64,000 bases of DNA from an uncultured Actinomycetes bacterium (lineage in GTDB: Bacteria > Actinomycetota > Thermoleophilia > RBG-16-64-13), in contig CAWFCN010000001.1 in NCBI GenBank assembly GCA_963814415.1, positions 683,231 to 747,230 on the forward strand. Reading direction: 5' to 3'. The position numbers and the translations under genes were made by a program. Of the stretch, positions 9,317 to 19,276 are shown piece by piece (positions within the stretch are counted from its first letter, which is position 1; the number at the start of each line of letters is the position of its first letter). The notes under the pieces were generated by a model. It was not told the origin of the DNA, made no database searches, and saw nothing but the letters and a program-made list of their open reading frames with translations.

Positions 9317-10474
9317 ATGCAGATACTAAGGAACGTGTTCAAACGCAAGCTGCGGGTGATCCTGACCATATCGGGCATCACCATCGGGGTGTTCGCCCTG
9401 GTGATGATGGGTAGCATGGCCGAGCGCATCAACCTCATGGTCTCGGGCGGCACCCGCTACTACGCCGACAAGGTGACGGTGTCTGATGCCAGCGCGGGTA
9501 TGTTCTCTATCCAGCCGGTACCCTACGACAAGCTCGAAGAGATCAAGGCCGTACCTGGGGTCGCTGAGGTGCAGGGAGAGATAGTCACCCTGCTCGAGAG
9601 TGAGATGACCATGTCCTTCGGCATGCCGGCCATGGTGGCGGGCAGCGACATGCGCGGAGTGGCGTACGAGAGCTTCCAGATCCGCTACGCCCAGGGACGC
9701 GAGCCCAGGGCCGACGAGACCGGGGTGTGCGCGGTAGGCTCGGAGTTGGTCAAGAAGCTGAATGCCAAAGTCGGTAGTTCGGTGACCATACGGGGCGAGC
9801 AGTTCAAGGTGGTGGGCATCATGGAGCAGACCCTCACCGCCCCGGACACCTCTGTCTACATGAGCCTGGCGGATGCGCGCAGCATCTACCTGCAGGATGT
9901 CCCTGTTGCCCTGCGCGATGACACCGAAGCCATAGAGCCGGTCACCGGCTTCACGGTCTACCCCACGCCCGGCACCGACCCCGAAGAGCTGGCCGTGAAG
10001 ATCAACGAGACGGTGGACGGCGTCAAGGCATCGGGGCCCAGCTACTTCCAGGACCAGATAGCCAGCATGACCCGCATCTTCAACTACATACTCTACGGAG
10101 TAGCCCTCATAGCTCTGGTGGTCGGCGGTCTCTCGGTGATCAACACCATGACCATGGCCGTGAGCGAGCGCACCCGTGAGATAGGCATGCGCAAGGCCAT
10201 AGGCGCCTCCGACGGACAGATCGTGGGCCAATTCCTGGCCGAGTCCGGAGTTATTGGCTTCATAGGCGGTGTGACCGGGTTGTTCCTGGGCTGGGCGGTG
10301 TCGGAGCTGGCCAACAAAGCCTTGGAGGCGCAGGCCATGAGCCTCTTCTTGGTCACCCCGCGCCTGGCAGGGGGGTCGGTAGCCTTCGCCATCTTCCTGG
10401 GACTGGTGGCCGGTCTGCTGCCCTCGCTGCATGCTGCCCGCATGAAGCCGGTCGACGCCCTAAGATACGAGTAG
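9317..10474 (+). CDS. ABC transporter permease, FtsX/MacB type
   Basis: N-terminal TM, large extracytoplasmic domain, C-terminal FtsX-like 3-TM bundle. Followed by an ATPase gene 9 nt downstream. Confidence 0.85.
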   Translation: MQILRNVFKRKLRVILTISGITIGVFALVMMGSMAERINLMVSGGTRYYADKVTVSDASAGMFSIQPVPYDKLEEIKAVPGVAEVQGEIVTLLESEMTMSFGMPAMVAGSDMRGVAYESFQIRYAQGREPRADETGVCAVGSELVKKLNAKVGSSVTIRGEQFKVVGIMEQTLTAPDTSVYMSLADARSIYLQDVPVALRDDTEAIEPVTGFTVYPTPGTDPEELAVKINETVDGVKASGPSYFQDQIASMTRIFNYILYGVALIALVVGGLSVINTMTMAVSERTREIGMRKAIGASDGQIVGQFLAESGVIGFIGGVTGLFLGWAVSELANKALEAQAMSLFLVTPRLAGGSVAFAIFLGLVAGLLPSLHAARMKPVDALRYE

Positions 10475-10482
10475 GAGGAACT

Positions 10483-11184
10483 ATGACCATCGTCATCAGT
10501 GGGCGCGGCCTATCCAAGCGTTACGTCATGGGTAAGGACAACTACGTCGACGCCCTGCGTGGCGTGTCACTGGACATAGAGCAGGGCGACATGGTGGGCA
10601 TAATGGGTCCCTCCGGCTCAGGCAAGTCCACGCTCATGCACATACTTGGCTGCCTGGACTCCCCCACCGCGGGTGAGGTCTGGCTGCAGGGGCGCCGAGT
10701 GGACAACCTCGACGGCGCAGGCCTCACGCAGCTCCGCCGGCTGGACGTCGGCTTCATCTTTCAGACCTTCAACCTCGTGCCGAGTCTCTCGGCCGTGGAG
10801 AACGTCATGCTCGCCGCCCAGTACGCCGGCAAAGGGCGCGCCGCCGCCCGCGAAGCGGCCGAAGCGGCCCTGACTCATGTGGGGCTCGCCGACAGACAAC
10901 GCCATCGGCCCAACGAGCTCTCCGGTGGCCAGCAGCAGCGCGTGGCCATCGCCCGGGCGCTCGTGAACGAGCCCAAGGTCATCTTCGGCGACGAGCCCAC
11001 CGGCAACCTCGATTCGGCGAGCTCGGACGAGATCGTCGCCATGATGCACGACATCAACAGCAAGGTCGGTACGACCTTCGTCCTGGTGACGCACGACCCG
11101 GGCGTGGCCGAGGCCTGCACTCATGTGGTCCACATGCTGGACGGCTTGGTGACCAACGGCTCCCAGCCGGGAGCGGACGACTAG
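10483..11184 (+). CDS. ABC transporter ATP-binding protein (MacB/LolD-like)
   Basis: Walker A GPSGSGKST, signature LSGGQQQRVAIARAL, Walker B IFGDEPTGNLD. Confidence 0.9.
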   Translation: MTIVISGRGLSKRYVMGKDNYVDALRGVSLDIEQGDMVGIMGPSGSGKSTLMHILGCLDSPTAGEVWLQGRRVDNLDGAGLTQLRRLDVGFIFQTFNLVPSLSAVENVMLAAQYAGKGRAAAREAAEAALTHVGLADRQRHRPNELSGGQQQRVAIARALVNEPKVIFGDEPTGNLDSASSDEIVAMMHDINSKVGTTFVLVTHDPGVAEACTHVVHMLDGLVTNGSQPGADD

Positions 11185-11192
11185 CAGAAACA

Positions 11193-11226
11193 CGCGGGGC
11201 GGGCGGCTCACGCCGCCCGCCCCGCG
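11193..11226. terminator. bidirectional GC-rich hairpin between convergent genes
   Basis: cgcggggcgggcgg-ctcac-gccgcccgccccgcg perfect stem-loop between the ABC ATPase stop and the 11253 gene stop. Confidence 0.5.
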
Positions 11227-11252
11227 GGAACTACCGCTGCCCTGTAAGGGCT

Positions 11253-11813
11253 CTACATCATGCTGGAGATATCCAGATACCACTTGCCGTCCCTGAGGAC
11301 CAACTGGTATTCCTGAGCTTCCTCGCTGTCCTTCACGTCCTCGGTGGTGGTCTCGCCGTTCTCCACCGTCACCATCTGACCCTCGACCACGGTGACCGTG
11401 GCCGTTTGGCCGTCAGCGGCCACTTCGGATTCCAACTTGACGTTCTTGAACTCCATCGACTCGTAGGTCATCTCTTCTTGCAGCATGGCCTTGAAGTCAT
11501 CGATGGTGAGACCGGCCGCGGTGACCATCTCCAGCCCCTGCGGGTCCATGATCGCTATGAACCCGTCGACATCCTTGGCCTCCATGGCGTCGAACATCTC
11601 TTGTATGGTCTGCTCGGGCCCGGATCCGCCGCCGCCGAAGATGTCGTCATGAAAGACTACGAAAACCAGAATGCAGGCCACGGCGATAACCACTACCGCG
11701 GCCACCGCGATGCCGATCCAGAGCCACTTGTTCTTCTTGCCGCCAGCCGGAGCTGCCGTCGCGCCGATAGGCGCCGGGGGCGCTGCGGGAGCTTGTGCTC
11801 CTTCGTCCGCCAT
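11253..11813 (-). CDS. membrane-anchored hypothetical protein (paralog of 8650..9156) with Pro/Ala-rich N-terminus
   Basis: ATG at 11813 (MADEGAQAP...). A TM helix follows, then the same conserved extracytoplasmic block as the 8650 gene. Confidence 0.7.
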   Translation of the reverse strand: MADEGAQAPAAPPAPIGATAAPAGGKKNKWLWIGIAVAAVVVIAVACILVFVVFHDDIFGGGGSGPEQTIQEMFDAMEAKDVDGFIAIMDPQGLEMVTAAGLTIDDFKAMLQEEMTYESMEFKNVKLESEVAADGQTATVTVVEGQMVTVENGETTTEDVKDSEEAQEYQLVLRDGKWYLDISSMM

Positions 11814-11911
11814 GTGATTCTCCTTCCAAGTTCGTATATGCCCGATGTGGCGCAGAGAAACGCGACGCCGAGCCCTGCTTCCAGTATACAGCGCTGGTGT
11901 GACGAACCCGG

Positions 11912-13090
11912 CTACTCGGCTTTCGACTCCGCCAAGACCCTCTCCACTTGGTCCCGGTTCTTCCAAAGCTCGCAGCCCGCCCCCTGATAGTCCACAAGCT
12001 CGGGCAGGGCGCGAAGTCTGGCCAAGAAGGGTGACTTCAGGGCTTCCAGCAGCGAGACTTGGCTCAAGTCCGCGTCTGAGTAGGGGGCAAAAGGACAGGG
12101 CTCCACACCGCCCGACGCGTTGATGTGCACGAAGCCTCTGCCGGCCGAAAGACACCCCCCGGTCTCGGCTTCGTCCCAGGGCACCGCCACGAAGATGGCC
12201 CGGTGTTGACCGCGAAGCGCCTTCACCCGCGCCCCCACCTGGTCGCGCTGAGTCGCGCTGAGCACCCAGTCCTCAGTGCCCGCCTCCACCGGAGTGTAGT
12301 CGGCGAGGACGAACAGACTGCAGCCGGAGCGACACAATCCGCCTATGTACTCATCGGAGAAGATGGTGGAGAAGTTGCGGTTGGTGAGCGTGAGCGAACA
12401 ACCGAAGAACACACTGCGCCTGCGCAGGCGGGCCATGGCCTGCAGCAACTGCTCGTGTGTGCCCGCGCCTCGGCGCTCGTCGGTCTGTTCCGCCGAGCCT
12501 TCGATACTTATGAGGGGGACTATGTTCTTGAGGCGGGTGATGCGGTCGGTCAGCCGCTCATCCAACAAGAGGCCGTTGGTGAAGACCAAGAAGATCACCT
12601 TGGGGAAACGCTCCGCGATAGCCAGCAGCTCTTCGCGCATGAAGGGCTCGCCTCCGGCGACCACGAAGAACGAAACCCCCAGGTCAGTGGCCTCCCGCAC
12701 TATGTCTCGCAGTTTGGCGTCGCTGAGTTCGGGCGGCGCGCCGGCCACGGCCGCGCCGCCTGCCTCCCCGCCACCCGCGGTGTCCACGCAGCCGCCCGAT
12801 GCCCTGCCGCCCAGGAAAGACTGGGCGTAACACCCGGCGCAGCTCAGGTTGCACTGGTGAGTGATGCTGAAGATGACTATGGGCGGCACCTTGACCCCCC
12901 GCTCCAGCCACGCCTTGCGGGTGCGCGCGGCGGCCGCCTGCCAGCCGATGGTGCGCGCGAACCTCCAAGCCTGGCCCGGCTTGGCCAGGCTGACTCCTAC
13001 TCCCCTCCACAAGAACGCTCCCACGGAGCGGTCGACCGTCTTCACTAGTGCCCTTTCGTCCGAGATGTGGCCCGAGGCCTTGCGGCTCAT
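11912..13090 (-). CDS. radical SAM domain protein (possible SPASM/twitch C-terminus)
   Basis: CNLSCAGCY CxxxCxxC motif and additional C-terminal Cys. Contains a Gly-rich insertion. The start is uncertain. Confidence 0.7.
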   Translation of the reverse strand: MSRKASGHISDERALVKTVDRSVGAFLWRGVGVSLAKPGQAWRFARTIGWQAAAARTRKAWLERGVKVPPIVIFSITHQCNLSCAGCYAQSFLGGRASGGCVDTAGGGEAGGAAVAGAPPELSDAKLRDIVREATDLGVSFFVVAGGEPFMREELLAIAERFPKVIFLVFTNGLLLDERLTDRITRLKNIVPLISIEGSAEQTDERRGAGTHEQLLQAMARLRRRSVFFGCSLTLTNRNFSTIFSDEYIGGLCRSGCSLFVLADYTPVEAGTEDWVLSATQRDQVGARVKALRGQHRAIFVAVPWDEAETGGCLSAGRGFVHINASGGVEPCPFAPYSDADLSQVSLLEALKSPFLARLRALPELVDYQGAGCELWKNRDQVERVLAESKAE

Positions 13091-13122
13091 GATAGCCCCC
13101 CTGGGTGCTACCATCTTGAATC

Positions 13123-14361
13123 ATGAGAGGTGCGGATTCCACAGTCCCCCTGGGCGAATACGCCGAGCGGCGCGCCAAAGTGCTCGGCGCGCTGGAGGGT
13201 GCCGCGGCCGTGGTACTGGCCGGCGATCGGCCGGCGTCGGACCTCCCCTACGGTCGGCGGCCTGTGGACGCCTTCTTCTGGTACCTCACGGGCATCGATA
13301 CCGAGCCGGGCGCGGCGGTGCTGTTCGACCCCTCGGCAGAAGACCCCGAGCGCCGCATCGCCCTCTTCCTCCGGTCCCGCGACCCCGAGACCGAGCTCTG
13401 GGACGGAGCGCGCCCCTCGCTCGACTCCTCCTACAAGACGAGAACCGGTTTCTCGAGCCTGGCACGCACCGGCCAACTGGCGGCCAGACTGACGGAGGCG
13501 GCCCGGCGCACCCGCCGGCTCGCCTGCCTGCACCCGTTCGCTTCCTACGACCAGGATCTTTCGCCCGACCTAGCTCTCTTTCACAAGGTCTGCGAGAGGG
13601 TACCCACCGCGGCCATAGAGGACCGCACCCAGATACTCATCTCTATGCGCGCCGTGAAGTCCGCGGCCGAAGTCGCCCTCATCGAAAGGGCCGTCGCGGT
13701 GACTGAGAAGGGCTATGAAGCCGCCTTCAGCTCCGTACGCCCCGGCGCCGACGAGGGCGCCGTCGCGCTGGCCATGACCGCGGCCTTCCGCGCCTCGGGC
13801 GGCGCACCGGCCTTCGAGCCCATCGTCGGCTCGGGCGGCAATGGCACCGTGCTTCACTACAGCGCCAACGACAGCACCATCAGAGAAGGCGACCTGGTGG
13901 TCATAGACTATGCCGCGGCCGTGGGCGGTTATGCCTCCGATGTCACCCGCACGTTGCCCGCCGCCGGCAAGTTCACCCCCGAGCAGCGCGAGCTCTACGA
14001 CCTCGTGCTCGAAGCCAATCTGGCCGCGATCAAAGCGGTGCGACCCGGCGTCACCTACACCGAAGTGAACAAAGCCGCCCGGGACGTGATAGCCAAGGCC
14101 GGCTACGAGGATGCCTTCCCGCATGGCGTCGGGCACCACCTGGGCATCGACGTACACGACCCCGCGCCCGATGGCCCTCTAGCGGCGGGCATGATCCTCA
14201 CCATCGAGCCGGGCATATATCTGCCTGACAGAGGCATAGGGATCCGCATCGAAGACGACGTGCTGGTGACCAAGTCGGGCGCCCGCGTACTCACCGAGGC
14301 CATCCCCAAGACGCCGGAATCCGTCGAAGCAGCCATGGAGCAAAGGAGCCACCGTGCGTAG
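13123..14361 (+). CDS. Xaa-Pro aminopeptidase (M24B family)
   Basis: Creatinase N-domain plus M24 metal ligand motif HGVGHHLGIDVHD. Confidence 0.85.
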   Translation: MRGADSTVPLGEYAERRAKVLGALEGAAAVVLAGDRPASDLPYGRRPVDAFFWYLTGIDTEPGAAVLFDPSAEDPERRIALFLRSRDPETELWDGARPSLDSSYKTRTGFSSLARTGQLAARLTEAARRTRRLACLHPFASYDQDLSPDLALFHKVCERVPTAAIEDRTQILISMRAVKSAAEVALIERAVAVTEKGYEAAFSSVRPGADEGAVALAMTAAFRASGGAPAFEPIVGSGGNGTVLHYSANDSTIREGDLVVIDYAAAVGGYASDVTRTLPAAGKFTPEQRELYDLVLEANLAAIKAVRPGVTYTEVNKAARDVIAKAGYEDAFPHGVGHHLGIDVHDPAPDGPLAAGMILTIEPGIYLPDRGIGIRIEDDVLVTKSGARVLTEAIPKTPESVEAAMEQRSHRA

Positions 14362-15382
14362 ACCATCCCTCACAGTCCTGCTCTTGCTCGCCCTTGTCCT
14401 CGTGGCCGGCGCCGCTGCCTGCGGTGGAGGCGACGGAGCGGCGAAGGACACCTCGCCGCAAGGCCTGGCCAAGGCGCTCCTTGACTCACAGTACGACATC
14501 AAGAGCTCGGTCTGCCCTTTTGAGATCGAAGTGCAGATAGAGGCCGACCCCTCTGGATTGTCACAGGAGGATATGGCCGGGCTCATGATGTTCAAGAACG
14601 GGGTGAAGGCATCGGGCACTATGTCCAGCGACTCCGAGCGCCAAATGCTCGATATGGACATCACTCTCAGCATGTCGGGCATCACCTACAACATGGGCAT
14701 CCGGATGGTAGAGAGGCAGCTGTTCATATCCATGCTCGGTCAGTGGTACGACCTCACGCCTGCCCTCGAGCAGGACTCCGCGAACTTCAAGGACATCTGG
14801 ACGCAGCCCGACTCGCAAGAGATGCGCGACCTACTCACCGACGCGGGCATCCAACCGCAGACCTGGCTGGGTGAAGTGAGATTGGTGGGCCGGGAGACGA
14901 TGGACGAGGTTCCTGTCTACCACTTGGCCTGCGCGCCGGATATCCACAAGATCATCACCGATGTCACGGTCCTCCTGCAGAACCAGGCCTTCATGGCCTA
15001 CCTGGACCCCTCCGGGGAGCTGACCGAATCCTTTGCGTCAGCCGAGGACATGCCTACCGACGCCGAATTGCAGGAGCTCGTCGACCTCATTCCAGAGACC
15101 TTCCCCGAGCTCACCCTGGATCTTTGGGCGGGTCAGGACGACGACATCCTCCGCAAGATAGAGTTCAGCACGAAGATAGTGCCCCCGGCCGAGATGGAGA
15201 TGGACGGCATCGCCAGCATCACCCTGGCCATGCTGATGACGAACGAACGCGTCAACGAGCCGGTCAACATCAAAGCCCCGGAGAACGTCCTGCCCTACTC
15301 GAGCTTCCAGCAGATGTTCGGCTCTGACTTTCCACTGCCCTTCCTCGACAACCCGCCGACCGAGGAGCCCACCAAGTCCTAG
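14354..15382 (+). CDS. lipoprotein, hypothetical (paralog of 15898..16920)
   Basis: Signal peptide with lipobox AAACGG. Shares the LGQWYxxxP block and overall length with the downstream paralog. Confidence 0.7.
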   Translation: MRRPSLTVLLLLALVLVAGAAACGGGDGAAKDTSPQGLAKALLDSQYDIKSSVCPFEIEVQIEADPSGLSQEDMAGLMMFKNGVKASGTMSSDSERQMLDMDITLSMSGITYNMGIRMVERQLFISMLGQWYDLTPALEQDSANFKDIWTQPDSQEMRDLLTDAGIQPQTWLGEVRLVGRETMDEVPVYHLACAPDIHKIITDVTVLLQNQAFMAYLDPSGELTESFASAEDMPTDAELQELVDLIPETFPELTLDLWAGQDDDILRKIEFSTKIVPPAEMEMDGIASITLAMLMTNERVNEPVNIKAPENVLPYSSFQQMFGSDFPLPFLDNPPTEEPTKS

Positions 15383-15795
15383 ACCGAGGAGCCCCCGGAC
15401 TCGGGGGTAGCGGGGCCGGTCGATCCGCCTCCTGCGGGGGCCTCTGGCGCAGGCGGGAGCCCCAGCGCCGGGCTCGCTCCGGCTGAAGGCACGGGCACCT
15501 CGGAACCCTCTGCCTCCACGATGTCGGGCTTGGCCCCTCCCCCCGGCCTCGTGTCTTGACCGGTCGTCTGCACGGGCCCCTTGTTCTTGAGCACCTTGCC
15601 CACGATCTTGTACACGCTTACCCCGGTCACCGCCAACACCGCCAAGACACCCACAAGAAGGGCGCCGGGCAGCCACAGCGGGGAGAATACCCACCACCAG
15701 CTCCAAGCGATGGTCCCTGTCAGCTTGAGCACCAGGAATATGAAGAAGAGCAGCAATAGGAAAGAACTGCAGCCCCCGGATGATCTCTTTTGCAT
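15379..15795 (-). CDS. small membrane protein, hypothetical
   Basis: Two predicted TM helices (FLLLLFFIFLVL, LLVGVLAVLAVTGV) and a Pro/Gly-rich tail. Weak support. Confidence 0.4.
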   Translation of the reverse strand: MQKRSSGGCSSFLLLLFFIFLVLKLTGTIAWSWWWVFSPLWLPGALLVGVLAVLAVTGVSVYKIVGKVLKNKGPVQTTGQDTRPGGGAKPDIVEAEGSEVPVPSAGASPALGLPPAPEAPAGGGSTGPATPESGGSSV

Positions 15796-15897
15796 CGTCC
15801 CCAGCCTCTGGTCGTGTTGAGGGGCCGCCTCGTACGGCCCAACTCGCATTCAGACCAGTATAATGGGTGCGCACGCTAGACTAACGAAGGAGTCGCA

Positions 15898-16920
15898 ATG
15901 CGCAAGTACTCACTGATGCTGCTGGTGGTATTGCTGGTCTTCGCTCTCGCTTTCGGCGCCGTCGCCTGCGGCTCCAGCTCTTCGAGCAAGACCCCGCAAG
16001 AACTGCTGACCGCCTCCATGACGGCCGGCAAGGCCGCCACCTCGCAATCAGGCACCTATGAGATAGATCTTACTGTCGAGACCGATGCCGCGTCCCAAGA
16101 CGCTGCCATGATGCAGGCCTTTCTCGGCCAGCCCATCAAGATCACCGGCAACTTTGCCAGCCAGGAGAGCCCGGCGCGGGCCGACCTCAGTCTGGCCGTC
16201 AGCCTCATGGGCACCAGCCTGGGCGGCGGAGTGCGAGCAGTCGACAACAACGCTTGGCTGAACGTCCTCGGTCAGTGGTATGAGGTGCCGGCCGACCAGC
16301 TTCAGCAGGCCAGTGGCGGCAGCAGCGCCGATATGGTCAAGACCGTCCAGGAGGCCATGGACGAACAGGGCATCGACGTCAACACGTGGATCAAAGACCT
16401 CAAGGCCGCCGGAGAAGAGACCCTCGCCGATACTGAGGTGACCCACCTCACCGGTACGGTCGACGTCCAGAAGATGGTCACCGACCTTGTCGCCCTGCTG
16501 CAAAGCCCCAAAATAGCCGCGCTCATGGCTACCGCCGGTGCTGAGGCCGGCTCTGAGACAGGTGTGTCTGTTCCTACCGCTACCGAGATCGCGGATCTTC
16601 AGGCCACCGTACAGCAGATGATCAAGAGCGCCACCATAGACCTGTGGATCGCCAAGAGCGACTCGTCCATGCGCAAGATGGCCCTGAATGCCGACGTGAC
16701 TATCCCGGCTGAGCTGGGTGTCTCCGGCCTGAGTGGAGCCGCCGTCGTGTTCACCGTCAACCTCGACGCCCCCGACAAGGCCGTCGCGGTCGCTGCTCCG
16801 GATTCGGCCAAGCCTTTCACCGACCTACAGACCGACCTACAGAGCAACCCGCTCCTGTCGGGTCTGCTGGGTGGTCTGAGCGGATCCGGCTCCGGCCTGG
16901 GTGGACTGCTCGGGCAGTAG
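15898..16920 (+). CDS. lipoprotein, hypothetical (paralog of 14354..15382)
   Basis: Signal peptide with lipobox AVACGS and conserved LGQWYEVP block. Confidence 0.7.
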   Translation: MRKYSLMLLVVLLVFALAFGAVACGSSSSSKTPQELLTASMTAGKAATSQSGTYEIDLTVETDAASQDAAMMQAFLGQPIKITGNFASQESPARADLSLAVSLMGTSLGGGVRAVDNNAWLNVLGQWYEVPADQLQQASGGSSADMVKTVQEAMDEQGIDVNTWIKDLKAAGEETLADTEVTHLTGTVDVQKMVTDLVALLQSPKIAALMATAGAEAGSETGVSVPTATEIADLQATVQQMIKSATIDLWIAKSDSSMRKMALNADVTIPAELGVSGLSGAAVVFTVNLDAPDKAVAVAAPDSAKPFTDLQTDLQSNPLLSGLLGGLSGSGSGLGGLLGQ

Positions 16921-16941
16921 CACCTCCGCTCTTCGTGACAT

Positions 16942-16986
16942 GCCGCGCCGCGGCGCCCTCGGGCGCCGCGGCGCGTTTCATTTCTA
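16942..16986 (+). terminator. rho-independent terminator-like hairpin
   Basis: gccgcgccgcggcgcc-ctcg-ggcgccgcggcgc stem followed by tttcatttct. Confidence 0.6.
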
Positions 16987-17073
16987 GCTCCCTCACGGAC
17001 CCATATCGGGGAACCGCGTCCTCACGTATGCTGTCCAAAGGCGGTCCAGACTAGAGGAACGTAGGAGGGGATC

Positions 17074-18448
17074 ATGAAGAGAGCGCTCCGTTCTCGCCGG
17101 GTGCTGGTCGCGCTGGCGGTGACGCTGCTGACAGCCTCGCTGTCACTGATGGCGGCTTCTTGTGGCGGGACCACCGACACCACCGGCGGCACCGACACCA
17201 CCCAAGGAGGCGACGTGTCCAGCGTCGATGGCATCCAGCTAGCCATGTCCGACCTCTCCCGACTCGCCGGTCCGGCGCCTGACGCCGACGTCCTGGCGGC
17301 TATGGACGGCATGCGGCTCTTCGGTACGGATCTCTACGAGTCTCTTGCCGACGCCGCGGGCAACGACAATGTGGTCTTCTCTCCCATGAGCATCGTCACC
17401 GCCCTGGCCATGACTTACGCCGGCGCCAGCGGCGCCACCGCCCAAGAGATGGCCGATACATTGCACTTCACGCTCTCCACCGACGCTCTCCACAGAGCCT
17501 TCAACACCTTGGACACCACCCTTGAATCAAGGAGCTGGCAGCAGAAGAACGCCCAGGGCAAGGATGAGGGTGTCTTGATAAAGACCGCCAACAGTCTGTG
17601 GGCGCAGCACGGACTTACCTTCGAACAGGCCTTCTTGGACACGCTGGCCGGCAACTACGGCGCCGGGGTGCGCCTGGTGGACTACCAGACGGCAGCAGAG
17701 GCCGCCCGGCAGTCCATCAACAAGTGGGTTTCCGCGCAAACGAATGACAAGATCCCCGACCTGATAGCCGAGGGAGTGCTTGACGGCCTCACCCGTCTCG
17801 TCTTGGTCAACGCGGTCTATCTGGACGCCACTTGGGCCAACCAGTTCGATCCCCAGGCCACCTCTGACGGCGACTTCACCACCCTCGCCGGAGACACGGT
17901 GACCGCGGAGATGATGCACCAAACGACGGTTCTACCCTATGCGTCCGGCGAGGGATGGCAGGCCGTGCTACTGCCCTATCTGCAAGAGGATCTGGACATG
18001 ATGCTCATCGTGCCTGACGAAGGCAGGTTCGCTGAGATCGAGAGCCAGCTGGGCGACGGATCTCATCGACCGTGCGGCCGGCATTGTGAAGTGGGACCTA
18101 GAAGTGGCCCTGACCATGCCCAAGTTCAAGTTCCGCACCCAGACCGGCCTGACCCAGGCTCTGGGCGCGCTCGGCATGAAGGCGGCATTCGACCCCGACC
18201 TGGCCGACTTCTCCGGCATGACCAAAGAGGCCAGCCTCTACATAAGTGACGTCATCCACGAGGCCTACATAGACGTGGACGAAGAGGGCACCGAGGCCGC
18301 CGCCGCGACCGCCGTCGTGATGAGACTCACGGCCATGCCCGCCGAGCAAGTGCAGCTGACAGTCGATCGCCCGTTCATCTTCGCCATCCGCGATCGTCCG
18401 ACCGGGGCTATCCTGTTCCTCGGCAGGGTCACCGACCCCACCAAGTAG
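17074..18448 (+). pseudogene. serpin family lipoprotein, interrupted by a 1-nt frameshift near 18055-18060
   Basis: The N-terminal ORF carries the serpin core. The C-terminal ORF in the +1 frame carries the hinge, reactive-centre loop and FxxDRPFIFAIR motif. Both frames are open across the junction QLGDG / DLIDRAAG. Confidence 0.8.
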
Positions 18449-18593
18449 ACATGCGGCGCGGCGCCCCAGCGCCGCGCGACCCAGCAGAGCGCACGCGCGG
18501 GGCCGGGCGACCGGCCCCGCGCCGTTTCGTAACCCGGCAGGTCGCGGTACAGTGGAGACGTCGCCCAAAGCCCAAGAACTCGGGAGACGTGTC

Positions 18594-19221
18594 ATGAAGG
18601 AGTTCGTCGTCTACTTGCTCCGGCACGCGCGGCCTGTACTGCCCGACGACCAGAAGCGCTATCTGGGGCATTCAGATCCCCCGCTCAGCGCCGAGGGGCT
18701 CGAGCAGGCCCGAACTCTAGCCGACAGCTTCTGGTTCGTCCCCTTCACCTCTGCCTATTCAAGCGACCTGCGTAGAGCCAGGCGGACGGCCGAGGTGATA
18801 CTGGCGGGCATCGGTCTGCCGGTGCATGTGGACGTGCACCTCCGTGAGATAGACGCCGGCCGGTGGGAAGGGCTGACGGCCGACGAGGCCCGCGAGCAGA
18901 TCCCCCCAAGAGGCCGCCGAGCGGGACGAGCGACCGATAGACTTCCGCTTCCCGGGAGGAGAGAGTTACCGCGATCTGAGCGACGAGGTGGTACCGGTGT
19001 TCGAGCGTATCCTGTCGGACGCCACCGGGGACGTGCTCGTTGTGGCCCACAAAGGCGTCAACCGTGTGATCCTGTGCCACTGTCTGGGTTGGCCGCTCGA
19101 GAAGCTGTACGAGATTCCCCAGGACTACGGCTGCGTCAACACCATAAGCGTCACCATCAAGCCCGACGGAAGCAGGACCATGGAGGTCAAGACGCCTGTC
19201 GCGTCACCCAGTCCGGTCTGA
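18594..19221 (+). pseudogene. histidine phosphatase family protein (phosphoglycerate mutase-like), frameshifted at a C6 homopolymer
   Basis: LLRHARP catalytic RHG motif in the first frame. The C-terminal FRFPGGESY...VLVVAHKGVNRVIL lies in the +1 frame. The frames join at the cccccc run 18902-18907. Confidence 0.75.
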
Positions 19222-19276
19222 TGCGCGCCGTGTCGCCTTGCGCCGCTCGGGCCGCTCCGGCCGCGCCGAATGCGCG

